NCBI GenBank assembly: GCA_963422205.2
Contig: CAXMWX010000005.1
Span: forward strand, 576,001 to 640,000
From: Gammaproteobacteria bacterium
GTDB taxonomy: Bacteria; Pseudomonadota; Gammaproteobacteria; Eutrophobiales; Eutrophobiaceae
Length of the DNA: 64,000 nt
Reading direction: 5' to 3'
The position numbers and the translations under genes were made by a program. The notes under the pieces are model-generated. The model did no database searches. It saw only the letters and a program-made list of their open reading frames with translations, and had not been told where the DNA came from. Positions within the stretch are counted from its first letter, which is position 1; every line of letters begins with the position of its first letter. This document shows, piece after piece, positions 52,938-62,687 of this stretch.

Positions 52938-53995
52938 GGTGAATACAACTCGCTGTTCATATACTGTGCGTGCATATAACGTAATAACACCATGACGATG
53001 GCGGCCACGGGCAAGGCCAGCAGGATGCCGACAAAGCCGAACAACTGCCCGCCCGCCATCACCGCAAAAATGACGGCGACCGGATGCAGACCAATCCGCT
53101 CGCCCAGCAACAGGGGCGATAAGACCATGCCTTCAATCAGCTGTCCCAGTGCGAACACCATGGCAACATAGACAAGATGCAGGATGTCCTGATACTGCAT
53201 AAAGGCGACGATGGCAGCGATACTGATGCCGATAATCCCGCCCAGATACGGCACAAAACTGACGATCCCGGCCAGCATACCGATCAACAGGGCGAACTCC
53301 ACGCCCGCCAGCCATAGACCGAGCGAATAAATAAACCCCAGAGCGGACATCACCAGCAACTGACCACGCAGAAATTCCGCCAACACCTGATCACATTGTT
53401 TTGCCAGCGTGCTGATCACCGGCTCATAGGTGCGCGGAATGAGATCGCATATCCTGGCGAGCAGGAGATCCCAGTCACGCAAGAGATAGAACGTAACGAC
53501 CGGGATCAATATCAGGTAGGTCAGCCAGATAATGATTGCCTGGCCGGAATGCGATACCCGGCCCAGCACAAACGTCAGCACATTGCCCACATCACGCCAG
53601 TTATTCATCAAGGTATTTTTCAACGCCTCCAGATGAATAGCATCGGCGGGCACGCCAATGAATCTCGCCAGTGTCGGGATAAGCTGATCCTGCACCCAGC
53701 CTATCATGATCGGCAGGCGGTTAAAAAAGGCATTGAATTGCTCTTGCAGCAGGGGCATGAGGATTAACAACAAGGCCAGGGCGAGCAACATCATAAACAA
53801 GAACACAATACAGACGGCCACGATGCGGGACAGCCCACGGGCCTGCAGGCGATCAGTGACCGGATCAGCCAGATAGGCGATTAAGGCGGCGATCAGAAAA
53901 GGGATCAGCACTGGTGAGAGCAGATAGATTATCCAGCCGCTGAAGATCAACAGCAGCAGATAAAACCAGCGCCGTGAATAGAGATTGTCAATCAT
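52934..53995 (-). CDS. AI-2E family transporter
   Basis: Multi-TM; FYLLRDW, FLRGQ, SFVPYLG, GLHPV; usual hda neighbour. Confidence 0.88.
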   Translation of the reverse strand: MIDNLYSRRWFYLLLLIFSGWIIYLLSPVLIPFLIAALIAYLADPVTDRLQARGLSRIVAVCIVFLFMMLLALALLLILMPLLQEQFNAFFNRLPIMIGWVQDQLIPTLARFIGVPADAIHLEALKNTLMNNWRDVGNVLTFVLGRVSHSGQAIIIWLTYLILIPVVTFYLLRDWDLLLARICDLIPRTYEPVISTLAKQCDQVLAEFLRGQLLVMSALGFIYSLGLWLAGVEFALLIGMLAGIVSFVPYLGGIIGISIAAIVAFMQYQDILHLVYVAMVFALGQLIEGMVLSPLLLGERIGLHPVAVIFAVMAGGQLFGFVGILLALPVAAIVMVLLRYMHAQYMNSELYSP

Positions 53996-55050
53996 GGCAA
54001 CATCCGGTAGGTGTTGGCCTTTGCACCGGCAACCGCCTGCAACACCCGGCCGAGTTCAATGGCCTGTGCTATCGCTTTATCGCCGCCATGGGCGGTTAAT
54101 GACAAGGTGAGCTTATCGGCATCGGCCTCGATCACATCAACCGTCTTGATCGCAGATAGGGACTCAAGATAATGCAGCACACTGGCATAATCGTCCACCG
54201 AAGCTACCTGATTGACAAACAGGCGAAACTCGCTCAGGCCGCCGTCCGCCATGTACTTGACAGCCAGGCTGTCCACCAGCACATCCAGCCCCTCATCCAG
54301 CACCAGTGCCAGCAGATCAGCCTTAGTATGCCAGCCTGAAACCTCGCCATCCGCCGCATGCGCCGTCCAGTCTGCCTGCCATAACCCCGCAGAGGGCGAG
54401 TTGACATGACCAATTAAAACAATGTCCGGCTGGTAGCGCTCGGCGGCGATAAGGATGGACTCGGTAAACCCGCCCAGGATATCCCCCGGCTGCACAGCAC
54501 GGCCATCTTGCAGATCCATCAGCGGAAAGAGCAGGCTGATGCCGCGTTGTTCGGCCCGGCGGTAGAGTATCTCCAGCACAGCAGGCGTTTGCTCCAGGCT
54601 GGCCATCAGCCGCTTGTTATCCTGCTGCACCAGCAACCACAGCAGGACGGCAGGCCGCTCATTGCCCCACAGGTTCACGCCTGCAAGACGCAAATCGTGG
54701 CTGAGGGTCGCCTCATCAAAGCTGACCGTTAGCATCAGTTGAGGGACAGCCCGGCCAGTATCCGCATCAATTTCCCGGCCCTGACGATAGCTGAACTGCT
54801 GCACATAGCTGCCCGCCTTGCTCACTATGCCGCGTAACTCCGGTTTCAGGGCGGCACGGCGATCACCGGTCAATTTGACCAGCACGATCTTCAGGGCGGT
54901 TGCAATCGCCTGCCTTCGAGTCTGCTCGCGTTTATCGGCTATGCGGGCCTCCGCCTGATACAGGCCCGTCACCCGAACAGCGAAACAGTCAGGGATGAGC
55001 GCACCATGCAGCAGCAAAACGGCCAGAGAAATGGCCAGGCACCGGATCAT
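53992..55050 (-). CDS. DUF2066-like exported protein
   Basis: GLYQAE, VLVKLTG, WG.ERP..LLWL, FPLMDL; usual position between purM and AI-2E/hda. Confidence 0.75.
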   Translation of the reverse strand: MIRCLAISLAVLLLHGALIPDCFAVRVTGLYQAEARIADKREQTRRQAIATALKIVLVKLTGDRRAALKPELRGIVSKAGSYVQQFSYRQGREIDADTGRAVPQLMLTVSFDEATLSHDLRLAGVNLWGNERPAVLLWLLVQQDNKRLMASLEQTPAVLEILYRRAEQRGISLLFPLMDLQDGRAVQPGDILGGFTESILIAAERYQPDIVLIGHVNSPSAGLWQADWTAHAADGEVSGWHTKADLLALVLDEGLDVLVDSLAVKYMADGGLSEFRLFVNQVASVDDYASVLHYLESLSAIKTVDVIEADADKLTLSLTAHGGDKAIAQAIELGRVLQAVAGAKANTYRMLP

Positions 55051-55127
55051 TGGTTATTCATGCCCCCAGGAGTTAAGTCATCGTGTCCATGTTTGCGCCA
55101 TTTTACAGCGAACGATACTATGCCGCC

Positions 55128-56162
55128 ATGAGCGCTTGCAAAACAGATTATGCCGCCGCCGGAGTCAGCATTGCACGTGGCAACGAGCTGACAGCACGTA
55201 TCAAAAACACAGCAAGCAGCACCGCCCGGCCCGGCGTGATGGGCGCTATTGGCGGCTTCGGCGGCCTGTTTGATCTGGCGGCAACCGCTTACCGTGATCC
55301 GGTGTTAGTCTCGGGCACCGATGGCGTGGGAACAAAAATCAAACTCGCCATCGACAGCGGCCGCTATGATACCATCGGCATCGATCTGGTCGCCATGTGT
55401 GTCAATGATGTAATCGTATCCGGTGCTGAACCGTTATTTTTTCTGGACTATTTTGCCTGTTCCTCGCTGGATGTCAGTGTGGCCGAGACCGTGATCACCG
55501 GCATAGCCAGGGGCTGCCAGCAGGCCGGTTGTGCGCTGATTGGCGGAGAGACAGCGGAGATGCCGGGCCTGTACCGACCAGGGGACTATGATCTGGCCGG
55601 TTTTTGTGTCGGTGTGGCAGAGCGGGCTGCCCTGATCACAGGCGAGGCGGTCTGTGATAATGATCTGCTGCTCGGCCTGCCATCCAGCGGCGCTCATGCC
55701 AACGGTTATGCGTTGATACGAAAAATCATGCAGGATAACTGCCTTGATGGGCAGACAGAGTTTGCCGGCCAGCGCCTGCTCGATGTGTTGTTACAGCCCA
55801 CCCGCATCTATGTGCGTGAAATCCTCGCCCTGCAACAAGCGGTCACGCTGCATGCGGTTGCCCATATCACCGGCGGCGGCATGACGGAGAATCTGCCACG
55901 GGTACTGCCTGCCGACATGCAGGCCGAAATTGACACCCAGAGCTGGCAATGGCCTGGCGTCTTTTCCTGGTTGCAGGCCACGGGCAATATTGACACCTGC
56001 GAGATGTACCGGACGTTTAACTGTGGCATAGGTATGGTGGTTGTGATATCGGCGGACGATCTGCCGCAGGCAGATGCCATACTGGCCGATCTCTGTACGC
56101 CAGCCATCGTCATAGGACGCATCGGCGAGCGCAAAGGGGATGCACAACTCTGCTACCGGTAG
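55128..56162 (+). CDS. purM: Phosphoribosylformylglycinamidine cyclo-ligase
   Basis: GGFGGLF, SGTDGVGTK, GIDLVAMCVND, GGETAEMPG, HITGGG, TFNCGIGM. Confidence 0.96.
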   Translation: MSACKTDYAAAGVSIARGNELTARIKNTASSTARPGVMGAIGGFGGLFDLAATAYRDPVLVSGTDGVGTKIKLAIDSGRYDTIGIDLVAMCVNDVIVSGAEPLFFLDYFACSSLDVSVAETVITGIARGCQQAGCALIGGETAEMPGLYRPGDYDLAGFCVGVAERAALITGEAVCDNDLLLGLPSSGAHANGYALIRKIMQDNCLDGQTEFAGQRLLDVLLQPTRIYVREILALQQAVTLHAVAHITGGGMTENLPRVLPADMQAEIDTQSWQWPGVFSWLQATGNIDTCEMYRTFNCGIGMVVVISADDLPQADAILADLCTPAIVIGRIGERKGDAQLCYR

Positions 56163-56233
56163 CTGCTATCTGGCATGTCCTTGCCCCCATGCCGGTCCCC
56201 GTCGTGCCGTGCTGTCAAGCCAGCCTTGATGGC

Positions 56234-56974
56234 TTATTTCAGTTTTTTCTTAACCGCCGCTAACACCCCCATCAAAATATGATACTCATCATCATCCGGC
56301 GGATTTCTGTTGAACAGACGATGCAGCCGCCGCATCAGTTTGCCCGGATTGTCAGGATCAAGATAGTCCAGCAGCACCAGCGTCTGCTCCAGTTGCTGAT
56401 AGAACCGCGCCATCTGCTCGGCCGGGACCGGCGCTGGCAGGACGGCTGGCGGCGGATGGTCGCCTGTCTCAAGGCCAAGCTGACGATGCAGCTCATAGCA
56501 GATAATCTGTACCGCCGAGGCGATATTTAAGGAAGAGAAATCCGGGTTGGTCGGGATTCGTATCATGAAATTGCAGCGATCCAGCTCGGCATTTGACAAG
56601 CCGCTGCGCTCCGGCCCGAAGATAACAGCGACAGATTGCCCGGCCCGGGCCTGCCCCAGCAAGCGCACGGCGGCCTTGCCAGGCGGCATCTCAGGCCACT
56701 GCACATGGCGAGACCTGGTCGTGGTGGCGGCCACCAGGCTGCAACCAGCAATGGCCTCATCCAGCGTGGTGCAGATCTTGGCATGGGTCAGAATATCATC
56801 GGCACCTGCCGCCCGCACCGTGACTTCAGCCGATGGAAATACCCGCGGTGAGACCAGCGTCAAGGCGCTTAGGCCCATCGTCTTCATGGCCCGGGCGGTG
56901 GCGCCGATATTGCCCGGGTGGGTGGTGTGGCACAGGATGATTTTCAGTCGCTGCGACAGCGTGTTGTTGTGCAT
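56234..56974 (-). CDS. trmJ: tRNA 2'-O-methyltransferase, TrmJ family
   Basis: HPGNIGATARAMKTMGL, FGPERSGLSN, SSLNIA; divergent from suhB. Confidence 0.92.
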   Translation of the reverse strand: MHNNTLSQRLKIILCHTTHPGNIGATARAMKTMGLSALTLVSPRVFPSAEVTVRAAGADDILTHAKICTTLDEAIAGCSLVAATTTRSRHVQWPEMPPGKAAVRLLGQARAGQSVAVIFGPERSGLSNAELDRCNFMIRIPTNPDFSSLNIASAVQIICYELHRQLGLETGDHPPPAVLPAPVPAEQMARFYQQLEQTLVLLDYLDPDNPGKLMRRLHRLFNRNPPDDDEYHILMGVLAAVKKKLK

Positions 56975-57037
56975 ATTACTCCGGTTCTGGCTGTAGTATG
57001 ATCAGCACTATCTTATCAGCCCAGGTTGGGAGAAATC

Positions 57038-57811
57038 ATGCACCCCATGCTCACGATGGGTATACGTGCTGCAAGAGCAGCAGGCGACTTTTTAATCCGC
57101 TCTCTGGAACGGGTGGACAGCTACCCGGTCTCGGTTAAAGGGCGGAACGATTTTGTCACCGACATCGACCGGCAGGCCGAGCAGATCATCATCACCACCC
57201 TGAAAAATGCCTATCCCGAACATGCTGTCCTGGCAGAGGAAAGCGGCGCCCAGGGGGAGGGGGATTATGTCTGGATCATTGACCCGCTGGATGGCACCAC
57301 CAACTATCTGCATCAATTCCCGCAATTCGCTGTCTCCATCGCGCTGCAACACAAGGCGGTGACCGAGCAGGGCATTGTCTATGATCCCTTGCGGCAGGAA
57401 TTATTTACCGCCAGCCGGGGGGGCGGGGCCTACCTGAATAACCGCCGGATACGGGTGAGTAACATATCAGCGCTTGAGCTGGCCTTATTGGGCACCGGCT
57501 TCCCGTATCGAGGGATACAGCAGCTTGATGGCTACCTGGATACATTCAAGCGGATCATGCAGTCCTGCGCCGGTGTGCGCCGCCCCGGCGCTGCCGCACT
57601 GGATTTGGCCTATGTCGCCTGTGGCAGGCTGGATGGTTTCTGGGAGTTTGGCCTTCGAAAATGGGACATAGCGGCGGGCGAGGTTCTGATCCGTGAAGCA
57701 GGCGGACTGACTTCTGAGATTTATACCGGTGCCAGCAACACAGATTCCGGCGATATACTGGCCGGTAATCCCAAAATTCACGCCCAGTTGGCCCGCCTGT
57801 TCACTGACTGA
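57038..57811 (+). CDS. suhB: Inositol monophosphatase family
   Basis: WIIDPLDGTTN, GAAALDL, WDIAAG. Confidence 0.93.
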   Translation: MHPMLTMGIRAARAAGDFLIRSLERVDSYPVSVKGRNDFVTDIDRQAEQIIITTLKNAYPEHAVLAEESGAQGEGDYVWIIDPLDGTTNYLHQFPQFAVSIALQHKAVTEQGIVYDPLRQELFTASRGGGAYLNNRRIRVSNISALELALLGTGFPYRGIQQLDGYLDTFKRIMQSCAGVRRPGAAALDLAYVACGRLDGFWEFGLRKWDIAAGEVLIREAGGLTSEIYTGASNTDSGDILAGNPKIHAQLARLFTD

Positions 57812-57896
57812 TGCCAACAGGCTTGCTCATTCCGTCTCCCGATCTGATTAGCCATTTATGTTTACTGGATTTATTTTGATTTAACTTGCCCATTTA

Positions 57897-58787
57897 TCAC
57901 GCTTCTTTATGCACGTATTCAAAAAAAGCACGCTCAAGCGTTAAATGCGGTTTGACGGACAGGATGCTGTGGCCGGCCTGTTCAATCTGGCGCAGCTTGT
58001 CCCACAACCCTTCCCGATGAATCTCAAGCAACCAGCGTTTGCCAAACTCATGAACATACTCTGGCAATGGCTCATCGGCCTCCACCTGGATAACAAAGAC
58101 ACCTTGACTGTCAGTGAATAGATCAGTGGCCGTTTTCACCACGGCTATCCTGCCTTTATGGATGAGGCCAAAGCGATCGGCGATGCGCTCGACATCAAAC
58201 AACACATGCGAGGTAAAAAACAGGGCACCGCCGGCCTTGCGGTACTCAAGCAATATATCGACCACATCCCGCCGGCCGACCGGATCAAGCCCGGATAAGG
58301 GCTCATCCAGAATCAGCAATCTCGGCTGGCAGGCCAGGGCATGTGCCAGTGCGGTGCGTTGGGTCATGCCCTTGGATAAGCTACGGATGCGCTTGTTGGC
58401 CGCCTCGGCAATCGCAAATTTATCCAGCCACTGCATGGCATATTGCCTTGCATCGGTACACGTGACCCGATGCTGGGCAAGGCCCATGGTGACCAACTCC
58501 AGCGGGGTCAGGTAATCATACAGATACGGGTTCTCCGGCAGATAAGCCACGCCCCTCCTGGCCTTCGGATCACGACAATCCGCACCGAAGAGCCTGGCCG
58601 TGCCGGAATCGGCGCGCAGAATATCCATGATGATCTTGATCGTCGTGCTCTTGCCGGCCCCATTGGCGCCGATAAAACCGAATGCCTCGCCCTCGGCAAC
58701 TTCCAGATTGACATCAAACAACACGGGCAGCCGGCCTTTGCTGCTGCAAAAGGATTTATTGATGTGTGTCAATTCGATCGCATTCAT
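57897..58787 (-). CDS. ABC transporter ATP-binding protein of the pilin locus (PilH/XapD-like)
   Basis: GANGAGKST, LSKGM, ILDEPLSGLDPVGRR. Confidence 0.88.
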   Translation of the reverse strand: MNAIELTHINKSFCSSKGRLPVLFDVNLEVAEGEAFGFIGANGAGKSTTIKIIMDILRADSGTARLFGADCRDPKARRGVAYLPENPYLYDYLTPLELVTMGLAQHRVTCTDARQYAMQWLDKFAIAEAANKRIRSLSKGMTQRTALAHALACQPRLLILDEPLSGLDPVGRRDVVDILLEYRKAGGALFFTSHVLFDVERIADRFGLIHKGRIAVVKTATDLFTDSQGVFVIQVEADEPLPEYVHEFGKRWLLEIHREGLWDKLRQIEQAGHSILSVKPHLTLERAFFEYVHKEA

Positions 58788-58801
58788 GGCCTCGGCCTCA
58801 T

Positions 58802-59623
58802 CTAAGGTCGCCGGATCACCACCTCGCCCGCCGCATTCACCTCAAAACCGTGGTTAAACGGGTCCCTCGGCAGAACCAGCAGATACCCCTGCTCAAGCAG
58901 ATCAGTCAGCTGCCGGGCCGGCCTGCCATTGAGCAAGGTGTACAACTGCATCGCCGTCTGAATCCTGTGCAGGTTCTCGGTCTGCACGATGCGGGCGGCC
59001 AGTTGTCTTTGTATATCCGCATCTGTTGTGGTTTGCTGCAAAATCCTCAGCAGACGTATCGCCGTATCCTTATCTTCTGTTTGGGCAAACCACCTCGATG
59101 CCGTCATTCTGAAAAACCGCCGGTTTATCCCGTCCGCCCGCTCGGCGGCGATGAGGGCCAGCTCGCCAGCACGCTCATAGTCTTTATCGAAATAATAGGC
59201 ATTAAAGCCTTGATAGAAAGGCGGCTCCGGGTCCCAGTCACGTGCGATGGTGGTGCGATTCAATATCCACTGGGCGATCTCAACCTGCCCCTCCCAGGCC
59301 AGAACAGCCGCCGCCAGATACGCATTGTCCTGATTGTAGGGATTGAGCAGATTCGCCTGTTGCTGAATTTTTGCCTGTATGGCGTAGCTGTTCGGGTCGG
59401 CGATGACAGCACTTAGCGTTACCGCCCGAAACACCTCCAGATTGGAGGCCAGATACTTATCGCCACCGGCGAGCAACACCTGCACATAGGCCGGCATCGC
59501 CAGGCGCAATCTCTCATCCAGCGGCGGGCGGGGAATGGCGCGCAGCCCATGCACCGCCGTGGCATAAACCGCCACACCACACAGCAGCAGCAACCAGGGC
59601 AGGCGATATGACGAGAAGCGCAT
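58802..59623 (-). CDS. Membrane-anchored helical-repeat protein of the pilin locus (PilG/XapA-like)
   Basis: N-terminal TM, helical repeats, C-terminal LPRDPF; sits between ABC permease and ATPase. Confidence 0.6.
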   Translation of the reverse strand: MRFSSYRLPWLLLLCGVAVYATAVHGLRAIPRPPLDERLRLAMPAYVQVLLAGGDKYLASNLEVFRAVTLSAVIADPNSYAIQAKIQQQANLLNPYNQDNAYLAAAVLAWEGQVEIAQWILNRTTIARDWDPEPPFYQGFNAYYFDKDYERAGELALIAAERADGINRRFFRMTASRWFAQTEDKDTAIRLLRILQQTTTDADIQRQLAARIVQTENLHRIQTAMQLYTLLNGRPARQLTDLLEQGYLLVLPRDPFNHGFEVNAAGEVVIRRP

Positions 59624-59630
59624 CGCCGTT

Positions 59631-60437
59631 TTAAGTGAACTCCCGGCCTTGAAACCGGTTGATGGCAATCGCCAGCAGCAGGGCAGAGTAAGCCAGCGAC
59701 ATAAGCAATCCGTAGACTAACAGCAATGGCTCGGGCCGAACGTTGTAAAGACACCAGTTACGTATGTCCAGGCGGCTTAAATCCGGCAGCAGCCAGATGA
59801 CCTTGTTCAGTATCGGCGTGATGTAGACCTGATGCGCCGGGTCGGCACCGGGCGCCAGCAGGATATAGTCAATCGTCGGCCCGATACTCGTGGCCATGAC
59901 AGCGAAGGCCCCTCCCAGCAGCAGCGGCAGCATCGGCACAGTGGACAAGGTGGCGATCATCAGGGCGAAGGCGATGACTGTGATAACGGCCAGCCACAGA
60001 TAACCTAAGGTCATGATATAAGGCAGGCCCAGCCTGACAGGCACGGCGCCGGGGTAGTCCTCGATCGGCCCGAAGACCACCAGCAGGGCAACAATCACGC
60101 CCATGATGGCTATCGCCGCGGCGGACAGGAACGTGATACCAAAGAAACGTCCCAGCAGGTAATGGGCGCGCGGGACGGGGTAAGATAACACGAAGATGAC
60201 GGTTTTTAATTCGATGTCCTTGGCGAACAACTCCTGCACCCAGTACAGCACCAGCAGGATGACAACCAGGCGAATACCCGAGATACCCACATCCAGCGCC
60301 AGGGTTTCCGGGTGACGGGCAGAGAAATGCGCCGCCAGCCAGGCCAGCACCAGTATCAGCAGAGAAAACAGCAACAGGCCGAAAAAAATCCGGCTGCGGA
60401 TCCCGGACAGGATGGCGGTTTTAATAAAAGCGGACAT
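59631..60437 (-). CDS. ABC-2 type permease of the pilin locus (PilI/XapB-like)
   Basis: About 6 TM; KDIELKT..VLSYPV.R..YLLGRF.G; F..REF C-terminus. Confidence 0.8.
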   Translation of the reverse strand: MSAFIKTAILSGIRSRIFFGLLLFSLLILVLAWLAAHFSARHPETLALDVGISGIRLVVILLVLYWVQELFAKDIELKTVIFVLSYPVPRAHYLLGRFFGITFLSAAAIAIMGVIVALLVVFGPIEDYPGAVPVRLGLPYIMTLGYLWLAVITVIAFALMIATLSTVPMLPLLLGGAFAVMATSIGPTIDYILLAPGADPAHQVYITPILNKVIWLLPDLSRLDIRNWCLYNVRPEPLLLVYGLLMSLAYSALLLAIAINRFQGREFT

Positions 60438-60596
60438 CGCTCAAGACCCCAGCCGAAGACGCCTTCAACCGCTTCGCCCTTTGTTTGCCCGGCAATGCCT
60501 GCTTTCGCCGAACCAGTCGCACCAGCACCGCTTGTCCTTCATCAATCCGGCCTAATTCCTTGTGCATTGTCTGTTGTCTCATGATGCTATCGGCAA

Positions 60597-60914
60597 TCAG
60601 CCTGAGAGAGTAAACAGCTTCCAGAGTACGCCTGAGGTCAGGGCAAGGTTGAAGGCCACCATCCAGTGCAGCAGATTGATCCTGCCCGTCAGCCTGGAAT
60701 CCAGCCGGTCAATTTTGGTATCCAACTCGGTATGTATCCGATCAATTTTGGTATCCAGCTTGATAATATCGGCCTTGGTCGCCAACTGGTTATCCAGGGT
60801 CTCGCTGAAGACATCCTTGATTGCATCGGCCTCCGCTTCCGCCTGCTGTTCCGGCACACCAGCTGCGCGCAGGCGACGGACAAACTTCAGGGTATCAAAC
60901 GCCGCCACGCCCAT
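60597..60914 (-). CDS. DUF1640/CCDC90-like coiled-coil membrane protein, long copy
   Basis: FDTLKFVRRL..AG..EQQAE head, LATKADI neck, LDTKID stalk repeats, C-terminal TM. Confidence 0.85.
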   Translation of the reverse strand: MGVAAFDTLKFVRRLRAAGVPEQQAEAEADAIKDVFSETLDNQLATKADIIKLDTKIDRIHTELDTKIDRLDSRLTGRINLLHWMVAFNLALTSGVLWKLFTLSG

Positions 60915-61023
60915 CAGACCGATCCCCGTCGGTTGACTGACAGCATCGGCTGGCGGGGAAGCGCAGTGTCAATCCGGCCTGACTCCTTGTGCATTGTCTG
61001 TTGAATCATGATGCTATCGGCAA

Positions 61024-61275
61024 TCAGCCTGAGAGAGTGAACAGCTTCCAGAGTACGCCTGAGGTCAGGGCAAGGTTGAAGGCCACCATCCAGTGCAGCA
61101 GATTGATCCTGGCTTCCAGCTTGATAATATCGGCCTTGGTCGCCAACTGGTTATCCAGGGTCTCGCTGAAGACATCCTTGATTGCATCGGCCTCCGCTTC
61201 CGCCTGTTGTTCCGGTACGCCGGCTGCACGCAGGCGACGGACAAACTTCAGGGTATCAAACGCCGCCACGCCCAT
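61024..61275 (-). CDS. DUF1640/CCDC90-like coiled-coil membrane protein, short copy
   Basis: Same head, neck and TM as 60597-60914, but stalk 22 aa shorter. Confidence 0.85.
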   Translation of the reverse strand: MGVAAFDTLKFVRRLRAAGVPEQQAEAEADAIKDVFSETLDNQLATKADIIKLEARINLLHWMVAFNLALTSGVLWKLFTLSG

Positions 61276-61466
61276 CAGACCGATCCCCGTCGGTTGACTG
61301 ACAGCATCGGCTGGCGGGGAAGCGCAGTGGCAATCCGGCCTGACTCCTTGTGCATTGTCTGTTGTCTCATGAGGTAAGGGGCGATAGCGGCAGTATAAAA
61401 GATTTCATGGCAGATTTCATAACGGACTCTGGGCGGATAGCGCCCTTCCCTGTGCTTTAAGGTATT

Positions 61467-61631
61467 GCCTGCATGGACGCAGGTACTTGGGATTTGTCGG
61501 GAGCAAAAATCCCAAGAGTACATCCTGTACTCGCCGCTCCTGTGCATGACCGCCATGGATGGTGGAAATGCAGCAGGATTGCCAGGAGCAATCCCTGCCC
61601 CTGCACTTGCGGCGTACAGTACATCCTGTAC
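61467..61631. repeat. Two copies of a three-hairpin palindromic module (REP/MITE-like)
   Basis: Stems CCTGC/GCAGG, CTTGGGATTT/AAATCCCAAG, GAGTACA/TGTACTC, then CCGCCAT/ATGGTGG, GGATTGC/GCAATCC, GTACA/TGTAC. Confidence 0.6.
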
Positions 61632-61633
61632 AT

Positions 61634-61660
61634 AAAAAAAGCGCCTGGTGACAGGCGCTT
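61634..61660 (-). terminator. Intrinsic terminator after pilA-C
   Basis: AAGCGCCTG-GTGA-CAGGCGCTT hairpin followed by a T run on the minus strand. Confidence 0.85.
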
Positions 61661-61694
61661 GTTACTGTGGTTTTGCGGGGCGCTGGATTATTCG

Positions 61695-62087
61695 TTAGGG
61701 AGTAGTAGTAGCAGCAGGACAAGGTTCAGTGGCAGATGCAGGCTCTGCCGCTTTCCAAGCAGTGTTAAAATCCGCGCGCTTGTCGCCGCATTTTGCTATT
61801 GCACCGCCTTCCGAGCTGCCGACATATTTATACAGTCCGTCCGCATGGGCGCTCTGCACGGCAATGGCAGAGGCAGTCTCAGCCGTCTGCATCGTAACGC
61901 CTGAGGAAAGATTAAAGGCAAAATTCTCCTTCACAAATTCCGGGTCGGCAGACAACGCAGCGCATGGATTCGCCTCCCCTTCATAACATTGTCTGCCTTC
62001 TTTTGAATACTCCGCGGCAAGCGCACTGTGACTGGCGCCTGCCAGGAGCAGGGCGGCCAACAAGCCGATGGTATTTTTGCTTCTCAT
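61695..62087 (-). CDS. PilA-C-like pilin head domain with its own Sec signal peptide
   Basis: 24-aa signal ending ALA; FAFNLSSGV..IAVQSAHADG..Y beta-strand pattern; 4 Cys; GAGGAG RBS; 22 nt after the pilA-N stop. Confidence 0.7.
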   Translation of the reverse strand: MRSKNTIGLLAALLLAGASHSALAAEYSKEGRQCYEGEANPCAALSADPEFVKENFAFNLSSGVTMQTAETASAIAVQSAHADGLYKYVGSSEGGAIAKCGDKRADFNTAWKAAEPASATEPCPAATTTP

Positions 62088-62109
62088 GGTTTATCTCCTC
62101 ACTCCAAGG

Positions 62110-62295
62110 TTATTCGGATGCGGCGATGGCGGCGGTCAGGAAGTTACGGGCATCCGCCTGTGCTGCCTTGTCGTTCGCCTTGCGCTTGTAGTTGGCAAAT
62201 TGCGGGATGGCAATCGCCGCCAGAATGCCGATGATCGCAATCACGATCATCAACTCGATCAGGGTGAAACCCTGTTGTTTCTTTCTCATCATCAT
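62110..62295 (-). CDS. pilA: Short type IV pilin (PilA-N-like, 52 aa mature)
   Basis: G|[24 protein letters not shown] prepilin motif; stops after helix alpha1; strong RBS. Confidence 0.9.
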   Translation of the reverse strand: MMMRKKQQGFTLIELMIVIAIIGILAAIAIPQFANYKRKANDKAAQADARNFLTAAIAASE

Positions 62296-62384
62296 GATGT
62301 GGTCTCCTCTACATGGTTGATGACAGATTTATCACATGTGTCAAGCACGGGCGGCAGCCGGTGTGGTGCAGCCAGCGACAACTC

Positions 62385-62429
62385 AACTTCTACTGCATGA
62401 ACTTCTACTGCATGCCTCGCTACTGCATG
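62385..62429. repeat. 15-bp tandem repeat in the pilA-N leader region
   Basis: AACTTCTACTGCATG x2 plus degenerate CCTCGCTACTGCATG. Confidence 0.8.
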
Positions 62430-62468
62430 GCTTACCTGCCAGCATGGCCTGTGCCTGCCTGTCGGTTA

Positions 62469-62484
62469 AGCAGTATTCATGCCA
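62469..62484 (-). promoter_or_regulatory. Sigma-54 (-24/-12) promoter for pilA-N/pilA-C
   Basis: Minus strand TGGCATGAATACTGCT (GG-N10-GC); a PilR-like activator is nearby. Confidence 0.75.
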
Positions 62485-62654
62485 GGTTTTGGTCAAGTGC
62501 TGTGCAGGTGCCGGCCGGCGTTATCCTGTGGCGGCAGGGATCGGCCTGGGGCGTGCCTAACCGCTTGTTTGATATAGGTTTTAAGCTGGCAAGTCTGTGT
62601 TCGGCGGCGGCGTGTTGGCGAGATGGCGGCGGCTGGCCACTTAATGCCGCAATG

Positions 62655-62669
62655 CGTCACACTATGACG
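62655..62669. promoter_or_regulatory. Candidate enhancer-binding-protein site
   Basis: Inverted repeat CGTCA-N5-TGACG about 170 bp upstream of the sigma-54 promoter. Confidence 0.35.
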
Positions 62670-62687
62670 TAGAAGGGACAGTCCCGG

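Larger units (their letters stand above)
60543..61372. repeat. Tandem duplication: three 42-bp direct repeats (60543-60584, 60970-61011, 61331-61372) bounding units of 427 and 361 bp
   Basis: CAATCCGGCCT(A/G)A(T/C)TCCTTGTGCATTGTCTGTTG(TC/AA)TCATGA occurs three times; the units are near-identical apart from a 66-bp length difference. Confidence 0.92.

Noticed and set aside
55128-56234. purN missing after purM
   Set aside because: purM-purN linkage is often broken and no remnant is visible
60543-61372. CRISPR array or integron cassettes
   Set aside because: The units are 361-427 bp duplicates of each other, not unique spacers; no cas or integrase gene and no attC-like inverted structure
61275-61372. 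MRQQTMHKESG in the 42-bp repeat as a prepilin leader
   Set aside because: It is not followed by a hydrophobic FxxxE segment
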